DNA of 64,000 bases, from positions 4,182-68,181 of the forward strand of contig CAZYDR010000001.1 in the NCBI GenBank assembly GCA_964645285.1, written 5' to 3'. Origin of the DNA: an uncultured Alphaproteobacteria bacterium (GTDB lineage Bacteria; Pseudomonadota; Alphaproteobacteria; JAAXGF01). This document shows positions 49,426 through 59,977 of the stretch, piece after piece. The notes beneath the pieces were generated by a model. It worked only from the letters and a program-made list of their open reading frames with translations, was not told the origin of the DNA and made no database searches. The translations under genes were made by a program, and so were the position numbers. Every line of letters starts with the position of its first letter. The stretch's first letter is position 1.

Positions 49426-50274
49426 TGGCGGGCGACCGCCTCACAGGTCGGGAACCATACGCCGGGTAGCGTCTTCATGCGGGCGATCAGCCGCTCCAGC
49501 ATGGCGATGCGCAGAGCGCGCCCGGAGACAAACGGGTGCAGGCAAATGTTGAGATAGCCGCCCTGACGGTACTGCTGCTCGAACGCCGCCCACCACAGTT
49601 CCAGCACACGGTCGGGATCGGTGATGCGCTGAGACGCGTTATCGCTGCTCTGCCATGCGAAGCTGAAGAACATGGCGTCGTCGATGGCGTAGTGAAACGG
49701 CAGGTTGAGCAGCCAGTTCTCACCCCCGTCGTCGGTCATGTAATAGGGCAGATGATGGGCCGAGCCATGGGAGTTGTATATATAGCCCTGGTTCGCCAGC
49801 AGCGCCTGGCTGTATCGGCTGCGGCTGCCGAATGGCCGCCGCCCCACAGTTTTTGCAAGGGCCGCCGTCGACTTGTCCAGGTGGTCGCGCTCGAGGTCGG
49901 GTTCCTTGGGGACCCGGTGCTCCCACATATGATCGGCGATCTCGTGGCCGCTTTCAGCGGCGGCGACCAGCGCCCGGAGATAAAGCTCGCAGATGCGTTC
50001 CGACGCAAAAAATCGTCGCCTTGACGTCGTGGGAATCGAACAGTTCAATCAGGCGCCAGATACCAACTCTGCCTCCGAACTCGCCCTGGGCTCGCTGCAT
50101 GGGCGGCTCGTTCGGCACACGGCGGAACAGCATCGCGTCGAAGTCGCAAGTGAAATTTACCGCGATCTGGACACCAGTCGGCCAGGCCCAGTCAGCGATG
50201 AACCGGTGACGCCCACCATAGGCTCGCGCCACGGCTTCAAGAACCTCGACGTCGCGTGAAAGCTCGCTGGTCAC
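49386..50274 (-). pseudogene. polysaccharide deacetylase paralog interrupted by a +1 frameshift at a T6 homopolymer
   Basis: The N-terminal 106-aa ORF (49954..50274: ...DVKATIFCVGTHLRA...) and the C-terminal ORF (49386..50048: ...FFASERICELYLRALVAAAESGHEIADHMWEH...) overlap. Removing one T from TTTTTT (complement of 50005-50010) gives the continuous motif KATIFASERICELYL...GHEIADHMWEH. Confidence 0.6.
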
Positions 50275-50518
50275 GGATGTGACCCCACAACACGTCCGCT
50301 CTCCACCACGGTATTCTCCTCAATCGTCCCGTATTCCGACGCTGAGACTAGCCGATCGAGCCCCACCAGACGCAGGATTTTCTAAAACAGATCACAGGAC
50401 CGATCGACTTATGGGGTTTGAACCACCGGCCGGGAGTTACAGGTTTCTGTTGCATCGAACGGCCGAAGCGGCACCCGCGATAACGAATTTTATCGGGGGT
50501 CACGCACGGAACGTCTCG

Positions 50519-51619
50519 TCAGACGTTAAACCGGAATAGCATGATGTCGCCGTCGCAGACCTGGTAGTCGCGGCCTTCGAGGCGCATTTTGCCGGCGTCC
50601 TTGGATGCCTGCTCGCCGCCGAGTTCGATGTAGGTATGGTAGGGTATGACCTCGGCGCGGATAAAACCCTTGGCGAAATCGGTATGGATCGAGCCCGCCG
50701 CCTCCACCGCCGAGGCGCCGTCGGAGACGGTCCAGGCTCGGGTTTCCTTCTCACCGGCGGTAAGGAAGGTGATCAGGCCGAGCAGGCGGTAGCCGGCGTC
50801 GATTACCCGATTAAGGCCCGGCGCCTCGAGCCCGAGCATGTCGAGATAATCGGCCCGCGCTTCGGCGTCGTCCATGGCCGAAAGGTGGGCCTCGATCTCG
50901 GCGGCGATGACCACCGCCTCGGCGCCCTCGCCCCGGGCATGGTCGATGACCGCCCAGGCGTGGGCGTTGCCGTCGGCCGCCGACCCTTCATCGACGTTGC
51001 AGACGTACATGACCGGCTTGGCGGTGAGCAGCTGTAGCGAACGGTAAATCACCGCCTCGTCCTTGCTCGGCGTCACCTCCCGGGCCGGCTTGCCGGCCCG
51101 CAAGGCCTCGAGCACCCGCTCGACCACCGGCCATTCCTTCTTGGCCTCCGGGTTGCCGATACGGCCCTGCTTGGCTAGGTTTTCGGCCCGGCTCTCAATA
51201 CTTTCCAGGTCGGCCAGCATGAGCTCGGTATCGATGGTCTCAATATCGCGCAGGGGGTCGATAGAACCCTCCACATGGGTAACATCGCCGCTTTCGTAGC
51301 AGCGCACCACATGGACCAGGGCGTCGACTTCGCGAACGTGACCGAGAAACTTGTTGCCGAGACCCTCACCCTGACTGGCGCCGCGCACCAGACCGGCGAT
51401 ATCGACAAACTCCATCTGGGTCGCCACAACCTTTGCCGAGCGCGCCACTCGTGCGAGTTCATCGAGGCGCACGTCGGGGACCGCGACCCGCGCCACGTTG
51501 GGTTCGATGGTGCAGAATGGATAGTTCACCGCCGCCGCGTTGGCGGTCGAGGTCAGGGCATTGAACAGGGTCGACTTGCCAACATTGGGCAGGCCGACGA
51601 TACCACACTTAAACCCCAT
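50519..51619 (-). CDS. ychF: redox-regulated ribosome-binding ATPase YchF
   Basis: The Obg-family P-loop is [18 protein letters not shown], and a TGS domain lies at the C-terminus. Confidence 0.9.
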   Translation of the reverse strand: MGFKCGIVGLPNVGKSTLFNALTSTANAAAVNYPFCTIEPNVARVAVPDVRLDELARVARSAKVVATQMEFVDIAGLVRGASQGEGLGNKFLGHVREVDALVHVVRCYESGDVTHVEGSIDPLRDIETIDTELMLADLESIESRAENLAKQGRIGNPEAKKEWPVVERVLEALRAGKPAREVTPSKDEAVIYRSLQLLTAKPVMYVCNVDEGSAADGNAHAWAVIDHARGEGAEAVVIAAEIEAHLSAMDDAEARADYLDMLGLEAPGLNRVIDAGYRLLGLITFLTAGEKETRAWTVSDGASAVEAAGSIHTDFAKGFIRAEVIPYHTYIELGGEQASKDAGKMRLEGRDYQVCDGDIMLFRFNV

Positions 51620-52220
51620 TGCCGCCGCCCCCTTTATCAGTCTTCGGCTCCGACGGACGCGTCAACAGGGCAACACGGGTCATGAAGCCCGAATCGTCAC
51701 CCTGGACCAGCAAAGGGAGCGCATAGGCAACCGCGTCAATCAGCGGGTCGATCCATTGGCGGTCGGCCTTGGCGAAATCGTTCAACACGTATCCAATAAC
51801 CTTGTTCTTGTCGCCCGGATGGTCGATGCCGAACCGCACCCGGCGGTAGTCCGGCCCGATGTGGGCGGTAATGCTCTTAAGGCCGTTGTGACCGGCGCTA
51901 CCGCCCCCGGTCTTGACCTTGAGCCGCCCGGACCCGAGGTCGAGTTCGTCGTGAATCACCACGATGTCCGATAGCGCCAGCTTGTAGAACCGCATGGCGG
52001 CGCCGACCGCATGGCCCGACTCGTTCATGAAGGTGGTGGGTTTGAGCACCAAGACCTTTTCGCCGTCGACCACGCCTTCGAAGGCCTCGCCCTGAAAACG
52101 CCGACGTGGCGCCGAGAAACGGTGACGGCGGACAATCTCGTCCGCCGCCATGAAGCCAATATTGTGTCGGTTGTTGGCGTAGCCCGGACCGGGATTGCCG
52201 AGGCCAACGACGAGCAGCAT
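51609..52220 (-). CDS. pth: peptidyl-tRNA hydrolase
   Basis: [23 protein letters not shown] is the canonical Pth N-terminus. Confidence 0.9.
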   Translation of the reverse strand: MLLVVGLGNPGPGYANNRHNIGFMAADEIVRRHRFSAPRRRFQGEAFEGVVDGEKVLVLKPTTFMNESGHAVGAAMRFYKLALSDIVVIHDELDLGSGRLKVKTGGGSAGHNGLKSITAHIGPDYRRVRFGIDHPGDKNKVIGYVLNDFAKADRQWIDPLIDAVAYALPLLVQGDDSGFMTRVALLTRPSEPKTDKGGGGNGV

Positions 52221-52243
52221 AAGAAACCGAGGTGCCGGCGGGG

Positions 52244-52945
52244 TTACTCGTTCCCGCCTTCGCTCTCGCCGCCTTCTTCGCCTTCGCCGCCTTCGCCTTC
52301 CTCGCCCTCTTCACCTTCGATGCCTTCGCCTTCCTCGCCCTCAAGGCCTTCTTCTTCCTCGGGCTCGGGCTCGACGACAATGGTCGGGGCCGCGATGGTG
52401 GCAATGGTGAAGTCACGGTCGGTGATGGTGGGTTCGCAATCCGCTGGCAGGGTAACGCTGCTAATGTGCACGCCGTCACCGATTTCCAGGCCGGTCAGAT
52501 CAATCACAATCGATTCGGGGATCGACGCCGCCGGGCAAACCAGCTCGATTTCGTAGCGTACCACGTTGAGCACGCCGCCCGACTTGAGCCCCGGGCACTC
52601 TTCCTCGTTGATGAAGTCGACACCGACGTTGACGGTAATGGTGGCGCCGGCGGCGATGCGCAGGAAATCCACATGCATGGGCACGCCGGTGACCGGGTGG
52701 CGTTGCACCTCGCGAGGCAGCACGCGCTCAGCCGAGCCGGCGACGTCGACGTCATAGAGCCTGAGATAGAAACCGCTGTCGGCCAGTTCGCGCCGCAAAT
52801 CCAGGGCATCGAGCGAAATCGCCAACGGGTCCTTCTTGTCGCCATAAATGACGGCGGGCACGCGGCCGTCCCGGCGCAACGCCCGGGCCGGACCCTTGCC
52901 GGCTTCCTCGCGCGACTGGGCTGCGAGATTTGCTACATCGGCCAT
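52244..52945 (-). CDS. rplY: 50S ribosomal protein L25 / general stress protein Ctc with acidic Gly/Glu-rich C-terminal tail
   Basis: The N-terminal domain [22 protein letters not shown]...[15 protein letters not shown] is the L25/Ctc fold. A C-terminal tail of about 40 aa reads [35 protein letters not shown]. Confidence 0.85.
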   Translation of the reverse strand: MADVANLAAQSREEAGKGPARALRRDGRVPAVIYGDKKDPLAISLDALDLRRELADSGFYLRLYDVDVAGSAERVLPREVQRHPVTGVPMHVDFLRIAAGATITVNVGVDFINEEECPGLKSGGVLNVVRYEIELVCPAASIPESIVIDLTGLEIGDGVHISSVTLPADCEPTITDRDFTIATIAAPTIVVEPEPEEEEGLEGEEGEGIEGEEGEEGEGGEGEEGGESEGGNE

Positions 52946-53023
52946 CGGTCTTCTCCTCTTGCTGTCGCCTTAACGACGACCACCGCCACGAAGGCGGCTC
53001 CAAATTCTGTCAATCGGCCAGGC

Positions 53024-53956
53024 CTAGTCGAACAGGCTCGAAACCGAACTCTCGTCACTGATCCGGCGCATAGCCTCGGCGATCAGCGGGGCGATGGTAA
53101 TCACCCGGATTTTCGGCGAATTAAGCACAGCCTCGGTCGGTTCGATGCTGTCCGTCACCGTCAAATATTCAAGCGCCGAGTTCTCAACCCTGTCCACCGC
53201 GCTACCCGACAGCACGCCATGGCTGATATGGGCTGACACCGAGGCCGCCCCGGCTTCTCGAAGCGCGGCGGCGGCGTTACACAACGTACCGCCGGAGTCC
53301 ACCATATCGTCAATGATGATGCAACGCCGGCCTACGACGTCGCCAATTATGTTCATCACTTCCGAAACACCCGCCCGTTCGCGCCGCTTATCGACGATAG
53401 CGAGATCGCCGTCAAGCCGTTTGGCGATGCCGCGGGTACGAATGATGCCGCCGGCGTCGGGCGATACGAAGGTCAGGTCGTCGCCGTTGAAGTTGTCCAG
53501 CAGGTCCTTCTCGAACACCGGCGAGGTAAACAGGTTGTCCACCGGGATGTCGAAGAAGCCCTGAATCTGCCCAGCATGGAGTTCCAGGGTCAGCACCCGG
53601 TCGGCCCCGGCCTCGGTAATCAGGTTGGCCACCAGCTTGGCCGAAATCGGCGTCCGGGGGCCGGCCTTGCGGTCCTGGCGGCCGTATCCGAAGTAAGGCA
53701 TGACGGCGGTAATGCGGCTGGCCGAGGCGCGGCGGATGGCGTCGATGCAGACCAGCAACTCCATCAGATTGTCATTGGCCGGAAACGCCGTTGACTGGAT
53801 CAGGAAGATATCCTCGCCGCGCATGTTCTCTTCGATCTCGACGAACACTTCCATGTCCGCGAAGCGTCGAATGCCGGCCTTGACCAGGGGCATATCGAGG
53901 GATACCGCGATGGCCTCGGCAAGCGGCCGATTGCTGTTGCCAGCCAATAGTCTCAT
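53024..53956 (-). CDS. prs: ribose-phosphate pyrophosphokinase
   Basis: [17 protein letters not shown]..., the PRPP-binding loop and the Mg site motif are present. The start is trimmed to the Met with an AAGGAAA RBS; the ORF start at 54118 is an overextension. Confidence 0.9.
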   Translation of the reverse strand: MRLLAGNSNRPLAEAIAVSLDMPLVKAGIRRFADMEVFVEIEENMRGEDIFLIQSTAFPANDNLMELLVCIDAIRRASASRITAVMPYFGYGRQDRKAGPRTPISAKLVANLITEAGADRVLTLELHAGQIQGFFDIPVDNLFTSPVFEKDLLDNFNGDDLTFVSPDAGGIIRTRGIAKRLDGDLAIVDKRRERAGVSEVMNIIGDVVGRRCIIIDDMVDSGGTLCNAAAALREAGAASVSAHISHGVLSGSAVDRVENSALEYLTVTDSIEPTEAVLNSPKIRVITIAPLIAEAMRRISDESSVSSLFD

Positions 53957-54245
53957 GGGGAATTTCCTTGGTCGCGACGCCCGTCCAAACGGCTGGAATG
54001 AGGGGTGCCAAATCACCCAGCCAACGACGCGGCGAACTGTACCAAAGGGCCTCGTGAGATTCAACGACAATGGCGACTTCTTACCATCGGTGATGAAGAA
54101 TGACCGATGGGCGTTCAATCGCCACGCAGGCGGTTCTTGTAAGCGCGTTCAAGCGCCACGCGGGCTGGCGCCAAACGGTCGGCGACGCGCGATCGCGCTT
54201 GCCGGCAGTCAAAGATGACCGCCGGAATAAGACCACCTAGTCTTG

Positions 54246-55043
54246 CTACAGGCCGCTCCGGTCGAGCAGATCGAGCACGCCGGCGGCGCCACCGTCGGCG
54301 ATGGCCGCCGCGATATTGCCCCATTCGCCATACAGGGTACCGGCGGGCAAGGTATTGGCCTGGTTGATGATGCCAAGACGTTGGCCATCGGGCTTAAGTA
54401 CTTCCCACACCACTTCGATGCGCTGAACGCCGGGCTCCGCATCGGACATGATCACGGTTCCGAGCACCAGAAGCGTGCCCTCGCCGGGCTCGGCCGCCAG
54501 CGTCGCCCCGCGCCATTCCAGGGCTCCGGCCATGGCCCGCGCCAGGGCCATGCGGCCGTTGCCCGGCGCGCCGGTGATGGGTGCGACGACTAGCGCCGGT
54601 CGCGGCGCGGCGACCACCGGCGGCGCCATGTCGCGGCCAAGCAGCGCCAGCACCCGCAGCGCCGCGTCATGCGCCAGAGAGTCAAACGCCGCGCCGGCCA
54701 CTGCCGATTGTTCGAATTCACCCAGGGTCTCGCCCTGGGCGTCGCTCAGGGTCCAAACGAAGGTCGCACCCCCGATACCGCTATCGCAATTGAGCCACAG
54801 ACTGCCCAGGTTGCCGCCGGCGGCGCTGGCCGGCACCTGGGCGTCGCCGAGCGCGTCGATGACGGCCGCGCCCAATGTCGGATCACATGGGCTGCCATCG
54901 ACCACCACGCCGGTGGCGTCGGCGGGCCGCAACGCCGTCGGTGCGGTCGCATCGCCGGCATCATGAGCGAAAGGCTGGGGCAATTGGCCGCAGGCGCCAA
55001 GCGCCAAGGTCAGGGCCAATGCAATCAGACGGCTAGAAAACAC
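54246..55043 (-). CDS. putative lipoprotein, hypothetical
   Basis: Lipobox LALGACG after a signal peptide; no recognisable domain. Confidence 0.45.
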   Translation of the reverse strand: MFSSRLIALALTLALGACGQLPQPFAHDAGDATAPTALRPADATGVVVDGSPCDPTLGAAVIDALGDAQVPASAAGGNLGSLWLNCDSGIGGATFVWTLSDAQGETLGEFEQSAVAGAAFDSLAHDAALRVLALLGRDMAPPVVAAPRPALVVAPITGAPGNGRMALARAMAGALEWRGATLAAEPGEGTLLVLGTVIMSDAEPGVQRIEVVWEVLKPDGQRLGIINQANTLPAGTLYGEWGNIAAAIADGGAAGVLDLLDRSGL

Positions 55044-55102
55044 AGCTCGCCAGCAGGCCGAGCGCCAGAACCGCCAGAAATATGAGCAGATGCGGCACGG
55101 TG

Positions 55103-56254
55103 TCAGTTGACCACGAGATCGAGGGCGGTGGACGACAGGCGTTCGCAGCCGGTCTCGGTGACCCGCACGGTTTCACCCAGGGCAATGGCCAGGCCGCGGT
55201 CGCTGTCGAGGATCATGGGGTGCATGAAGAACACCATGTTGGGCTCGGCGATGACCGGATTGTCGGCATAGAACATGGGCCAGTCCATCCAGTTGGGGGA
55301 GAATGTGGTACCCAGACTGTAGCCACAGGCGTTGAGCCGATGGGCGCCGTAGCCGGCATCGTCGAACACCCGGGCATGGGCGTCGAACACCTCGCCCACC
55401 GGGCGGCCCGGCTTGAGCGCCTCCTGACAGGCCAGCAGGGCGTCATGACAGGCCTTGTGCATGTCGCGGTGGTCCTCGCTGGCGCGTCCGGTCAGCACGG
55501 TTCGCATGAGCGCCGCATGGTAGTGGCGATAGGCGCCGGCGAATTCGATCATCAACTGGTCTTCCGGGTCGATATGGCGGCGGCCGCTGAAGTAGCGACA
55601 CAACAAGGCGCCGGCCCCGGAGCCGATGATGAACTCGTTGCCCGGATAGTCGCCGCCGCCCTTGAACACGGCGCCCTGCATGGCGGCCAGGATGTCGCCC
55701 TCGAAGGCGCCGGCCACGGTCAACCGGTTGGCTTCATCAAGGGCGGCATCGCCGAGTTCGGCGGCGCGCCGCACATAGTCCATCTCGGCCGGGCTCTTAA
55801 CGACGCGCAGACGGCTGACCAACTCCGAAGCATCATCGAGAGTGCAGAAACCATCCAGGGTCGCTTCGACCATGCGCCAGCTTCGTCCGGTCAGGCCATA
55901 AGCCTCGAACTCGATACCGAGCTTGCGACCCTTACAACCGTGCTCATCGAGGATCGCCTTGAGGTCTTCGGCCGGGGTCGCACCGTCACGATCGACCCAG
56001 ACCCGGATGTCCTCAAGGGTCGATGTATGCCGCGCCTGGCGAAGGTCGGGTGAGCGAGTCAGCAAAGTCATGGCGCCGTCGGCGCCAATATAGAGACATT
56101 GGAAAAAAACAAAGCCGAAGGTGTCGTAGCCGGTCAGGTAGAACATGCTCTCCTGGCGAAACATCAACAGCCCATCGAGGCCGGCGGCGGTCATGGCGGC
56201 GATGGTCCGCGCCTGGCGCCCGGCGTATTCCTCGCGGCTAAAATGAAGCTCCAT
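55103..56254 (-). CDS. M24-family metallopeptidase (Xaa-Pro aminopeptidase/creatinase/ectoine-hydrolase-like)
   Basis: A creatinase-type N-domain and a C-terminal pita-bread fold with metal-ligand blocks (HxxH..., EPNMVFFMHP, GETVRVTETGCERLS). Confidence 0.75.
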   Translation of the reverse strand: MELHFSREEYAGRQARTIAAMTAAGLDGLLMFRQESMFYLTGYDTFGFVFFQCLYIGADGAMTLLTRSPDLRQARHTSTLEDIRVWVDRDGATPAEDLKAILDEHGCKGRKLGIEFEAYGLTGRSWRMVEATLDGFCTLDDASELVSRLRVVKSPAEMDYVRRAAELGDAALDEANRLTVAGAFEGDILAAMQGAVFKGGGDYPGNEFIIGSGAGALLCRYFSGRRHIDPEDQLMIEFAGAYRHYHAALMRTVLTGRASEDHRDMHKACHDALLACQEALKPGRPVGEVFDAHARVFDDAGYGAHRLNACGYSLGTTFSPNWMDWPMFYADNPVIAEPNMVFFMHPMILDSDRGLAIALGETVRVTETGCERLSSTALDLVVN

Positions 56255-56257
56255 GTC

Positions 56258-57013
56258 CTAGTCCTCTCCCAGTGCCACCAAAGAAATCAAACGCCCGTAG
56301 TCGACCTCGCCCGCATGACAGGTCCGGCGATAGCTGAAAAACAGCGCCTCGTCGGCACAGGTATCGAGCGCCAGAACCTCGACCGACGCAAGCCCCAGGG
56401 CGCCAAGGCGCATGGCCACGTAACCGGGAAGGTCGAACATGTAATGGTCGTCGCGGGCCGATAGCACGAAATACCCGGCGTTGGCGCCATCCGCCGCCAC
56501 GAACCTCTGCTGGAACTCGGGCCCGACCTCGTAGGACGCCTGGGCGATACAGGGACCCACCACCGCCACGGTCTCAGCCGCCGTGGCGCCCAGGGCCGCC
56601 ATGCCCGCAAAGGCCGCGTCGGTGACCCCGTCGAGGGCGCCGCGCCAGCCGGCGTGGGCGGCGCCGATGACCCGGGCGCTACGGTCGGCGAACAGCACCG
56701 GCGCGCAGTCGGCGGTCAATACCCCAAGGGCGATGCCGAAACGGTTGCTGACCATGGCGTCGGCCTGGGGGGCATCGCCGGGCGCCCAGGGTTCGGTAAC
56801 CGTGACACAGCGCGCCGAATGGCATTGGTAGGCGGTGACCAGCGTATCCGCGCCGAGACGGGCCATGGCGCGGTTGCGATTCTCGGCCACCGACGCGGCG
56901 TCGTCGCCGGAGCCGAAGCCACAGTTGCGCGATGCGAACAGGCCCTGGCTGACGCCGCCCTTGCGGGTGAAGAAGCCGTGACGCACGCCAGCCAATGCCG
57001 CGGCCTCGATCAT
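56258..57013 (-). CDS. pgeF: PgeF/YfiH-family laccase-domain protein (peptidoglycan editing factor / purine nucleoside-processing)
   Basis: DUF152 signature TADCAPVLF...AHAGWRG. Confidence 0.75.
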   Translation of the reverse strand: MIEAAALAGVRHGFFTRKGGVSQGLFASRNCGFGSGDDAASVAENRNRAMARLGADTLVTAYQCHSARCVTVTEPWAPGDAPQADAMVSNRFGIALGVLTADCAPVLFADRSARVIGAAHAGWRGALDGVTDAAFAGMAALGATAAETVAVVGPCIAQASYEVGPEFQQRFVAADGANAGYFVLSARDDHYMFDLPGYVAMRLGALGLASVEVLALDTCADEALFFSYRRTCHAGEVDYGRLISLVALGED

Positions 57014-58101
57014 GATACCGCCTCGAACCCGGCCGGAGCCGGCGCATCCAGAGGCGCAATGGCCAGGGCCTTGAATAGGCTGCCCATCTCGCCGGCGCCA
57101 ATAAGTCGCTCCAGGGCGGTCTCGATATTCTCACGCTGAATGGCGTTGCCGCTCTTGGCGAGAGTCGCCGCCCGTGCCTCGATGCCAAGGGCCAACAGAA
57201 AATCACCCTGATTTACCGGGCCGTGGGCGGCGGCTCCGGCCTCCTCGGCAACTCTGGCGACGGTAGTAAAATCGACCTTGGCCGAAAGGTCGGCCTCGCC
57301 GGGGTCGTCGAGCACATGATGATGGCCGTGGCGGCGCACCGCCTGAAAGGTATCGCCGAGGGGACCATGGTCCGACGCGTAGTCGATAATCAACGCCAGG
57401 CCGCCCTGGGCCGCTACCCGCCGGGCGATCTCGTCGGTCAGGCTAATGGCCGCCGCTGACATCTCGGCGATACTGTTGAGCGGCGCCCCATCCACGGTGT
57501 CGGGCAGCAGGGCAAGGGCCGGCGTTGGCCGGTCGGCGAGGACGAAGCGAAACCCGTACCCCCGGCTTTCCGCGTCGACCAGCCGCTCGCGCCAGCCATG
57601 AAGGGTGCGCATGAACTGGTGGATCGGCAGCACGTCGTAGAGCTCGTTGGTGACCAGCAGCAGGGGTCCCTCGGGCACCCCGGCGAGGCTGTCGTGCCAG
57701 GTCACTGAGACCTTGGACAGGGCCTTGCGCTGCATGGCGCGGAGCGTCGGGCTGGTCTCGACCATGTGAACATCAAGCGCCGCGCGGCACGCCGGCACCG
57801 TTGCCATGGCGCGCAACGCATCGGCCATCAGGGTGCCGCGGCCGGGGCCCATCTCAACCAGACGCACGGAATCGGGACAGCCCATATGCTGCCAGCCGGC
57901 GACACACCACAGACCGATCAGCTCGCCGAACATCTGGCTGACTTCGGGCGCGGTGACGAAGTCGCCTTCCATGCCCAACGGGTCGCGGTTGATGTAGTAG
58001 CCGTGCTCGGGATGGCCCAGCACCGTGGCCATGAAAGTCGCCACGGTCATCGGCCCGTGCATGGTAATTTCGTTGTGCAAATGCCGCGCCAGGGGCGTCA
58101 T
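57010..58101 (-). CDS. MidA/NDUFAF7-family SAM-dependent methyltransferase
   Basis: MTVATFMATVLGHPEHGYYINRDPLGMEGDFVTAPEVSQMFGELIG matches the MidA family. The start is set at MTPLARHL, whose ATG overlaps the lgt stop (ATGA). The 172-aa Arg-rich N-terminal extension in the ORF track is rejected. Confidence 0.65.
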   Translation of the reverse strand: MTPLARHLHNEITMHGPMTVATFMATVLGHPEHGYYINRDPLGMEGDFVTAPEVSQMFGELIGLWCVAGWQHMGCPDSVRLVEMGPGRGTLMADALRAMATVPACRAALDVHMVETSPTLRAMQRKALSKVSVTWHDSLAGVPEGPLLLVTNELYDVLPIHQFMRTLHGWRERLVDAESRGYGFRFVLADRPTPALALLPDTVDGAPLNSIAEMSAAAISLTDEIARRVAAQGGLALIIDYASDHGPLGDTFQAVRRHGHHHVLDDPGEADLSAKVDFTTVARVAEEAGAAAHGPVNQGDFLLALGIEARAATLAKSGNAIQRENIETALERLIGAGEMGSLFKALAIAPLDAPAPAGFEAVS

Positions 58102-58901
58102 GACGACTGTGGCCGGGCGCGGCGCAGCATCAGCCACAGGCCGAAAGCGATAGCCGGCAGGGAAAGCAGCTGGCCCAGGGTGGCGCCGCCGATGAGAAAA
58201 CCCAGGTAGGCGTCGGGCTCGCGGAAGAATTCGACGAAGATGCGGGCGAGGCCGTAGCCACAGAAAAATACCCCGGCAATAAAACCGTGGCGTTGGCGCA
58301 GGCTGGTCAAACGCCACAGGGCCAACAGCACCAGGAACAACACCGCCCCTTCGAGCAGCGCCTCGTAGATCTGGCTTGGGTGACGCGGCTCGGAGCCGCC
58401 ATGGGGAAACATCACGGCCCAGGGCACGTCGCTCACCCGGCCCCATAGCTCGCCGTTGATGAAGTTGGCGATGCGCCCGAAAAACAGCCCGATGGGCGCG
58501 GCGCAGGCGATCAGGTCTGCTAGGGCGAACAGCGACAGACCGTGACGCCGGGCGAACAGTACCACCATCGCCATGACCCCCAGCAGACCGCCATGAAACG
58601 ACATGCCACCCTGCCACACGTACAGAATCTCGACCGGATCGGCCAGGTAGTAGCCGGGCTTATAGAACAAGGCATAGCCAAGCCGGCCGCCGAGGATAAT
58701 GCCCAGCACGGTCCAGGATATGAAGTCGTCGATGGCCGCTCCGTCGGGCCCACCAGGCTGCTGCGGGGCGAGCCGCAGCATGTAACGCCAGCCGAGCAGG
58801 ATGCCGGCCATGTAGGCCAGAGCGTACCAGCGGATGGCGAAGGGCCCGATCTCGACCACTACCGGATCGATCATGGGAAAGGGGATAGCCAGGGTGATCA
58901 T
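58098..58901 (-). CDS. lgt: prolipoprotein diacylglyceryl transferase
   Basis: IDPVVVEIGPFAIRWYALAYMAGILLGW and the Lgt signature region GGRLGYALFY. Confidence 0.9.
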   Translation of the reverse strand: MITLAIPFPMIDPVVVEIGPFAIRWYALAYMAGILLGWRYMLRLAPQQPGGPDGAAIDDFISWTVLGIILGGRLGYALFYKPGYYLADPVEILYVWQGGMSFHGGLLGVMAMVVLFARRHGLSLFALADLIACAAPIGLFFGRIANFINGELWGRVSDVPWAVMFPHGGSEPRHPSQIYEALLEGAVLFLVLLALWRLTSLRQRHGFIAGVFFCGYGLARIFVEFFREPDAYLGFLIGGATLGQLLSLPAIAFGLWLMLRRARPQSS

Positions 58902-59887
58902 TTGTAGGGGTCGCTGCGGCCGAGAAAGTCGCGCACATAGGCGCCGACACCGTCTTCCAGGGAGAGGAACGGCGCGCTGTAACCGGCATCCCGCAAGCGG
59001 CCCATGCGGGCTTCGGTGAAATACTGGTAGTTGGCCCGGATGTCCTTAGGCGTATCGACAAACTCGATGTTGGGCTCACGCCCGACGGCTGCGAACAAGG
59101 CGCCAATCAGGTCGGCGAAGCTACGCGCCTCACCGGTGCCGAGGTTGTAGAGGCCACTGATGCGGGGGTTGTCCAGCAGCCACAGCATGACCGCCACGCA
59201 ATCTTCCACCGAGACGAAGTCCCGGGACTGGCCACCGTCCGCATAGTCCGGGTGATGGGATTTGAACAAGGTCACCGCCTCGCCCCGCGAGGCCTTGGCG
59301 TGATTCTTGGCGACGATGCTCTGCATGGCGCCCTTGTGGTATTCGTTGGGGCCGTAGACGTTGAAGAACTTGAGCCCGGCCCATTGGGGCGGCGCCGCCC
59401 CGCCGTCGGCAACCAGACGCGCCACCCGGCGGTCGAACAGGTGTTTCGACCAGCCATAGAGATTGAGCGGCTTGAGCCAGGCCAGGGCTTCCCGGGAGCC
59501 GTCGTCGTCGAAGCCCTGGGCGCCATCGCCGTAGGTCGCTGCCGAGGAGGCATAGATCAGCCGCACTCCCTGGGCCGCGCACCAGTGCCACAGAGCCAGG
59601 CTGAACTCGTAGTTCTCGGCCATCATCTCTTCGACGTCGGTCACCGTGGTCGAGGAGATGGCGCCCATGTGGAAGATCGCCTCGACCGCGCCGGCCTCGG
59701 CGTCGAGGAACGCCAGCAAATCCTCGGGCGCGACTATGCGGGTGACTCTATGCTTGGCGATATTGGGCGCCTTGGGGTCATCATCGGCGAGACGGTCGCA
59801 GACCACCACCTCGGACGCGCCCCGCCGGGCCAGTGCCGCCACCAGATTCGAGCCTATAAATCCGGCGCCGCCGGTAACTACAATCAT
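58898..59887 (-). CDS. hldD: ADP-L-glycero-D-manno-heptose 6-epimerase
   Basis: MIVVTGGAGFIGSN, AIFHMGAISSTT, YASSAATYG, LNLYGWSKHLFD, FFNVYGP and NLGTG match HldD/RfaD block by block. Confidence 0.85.
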   Translation of the reverse strand: MIVVTGGAGFIGSNLVAALARRGASEVVVCDRLADDDPKAPNIAKHRVTRIVAPEDLLAFLDAEAGAVEAIFHMGAISSTTVTDVEEMMAENYEFSLALWHWCAAQGVRLIYASSAATYGDGAQGFDDDGSREALAWLKPLNLYGWSKHLFDRRVARLVADGGAAPPQWAGLKFFNVYGPNEYHKGAMQSIVAKNHAKASRGEAVTLFKSHHPDYADGGQSRDFVSVEDCVAVMLWLLDNPRISGLYNLGTGEARSFADLIGALFAAVGREPNIEFVDTPKDIRANYQYFTEARMGRLRDAGYSAPFLSLEDGVGAYVRDFLGRSDPYK

Positions 59888-59977
59888 GGCGCCCGTTATA
59901 GCCGCATGGGGCGGCGCTTGCGAGCATCACGCACCATGGCCATAATCGGGAAGCCGTTACATAGAAAGATAAAGCCC

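Noticed and set aside
50400-50475. tRNA-like GGTTCAAACC / GCGGGTGCC motifs on the minus strand upstream of the deacetylase pseudogene
   Set aside because: The 5' and 3' ends do not form an acceptor stem and no consistent cloverleaf can be drawn; the resemblance to a T-loop is probably chance.
57010-58617. 535-aa ORF giving the MidA-like methyltransferase a 172-aa N-terminal extension
   Set aside because: The extension is Arg/Pro-rich, overlaps lgt in another frame and has no homology signal. An ATG at complement 58099-58101 forms an ATGA overlap with the lgt stop and starts exactly at the conserved MidA N-terminus.
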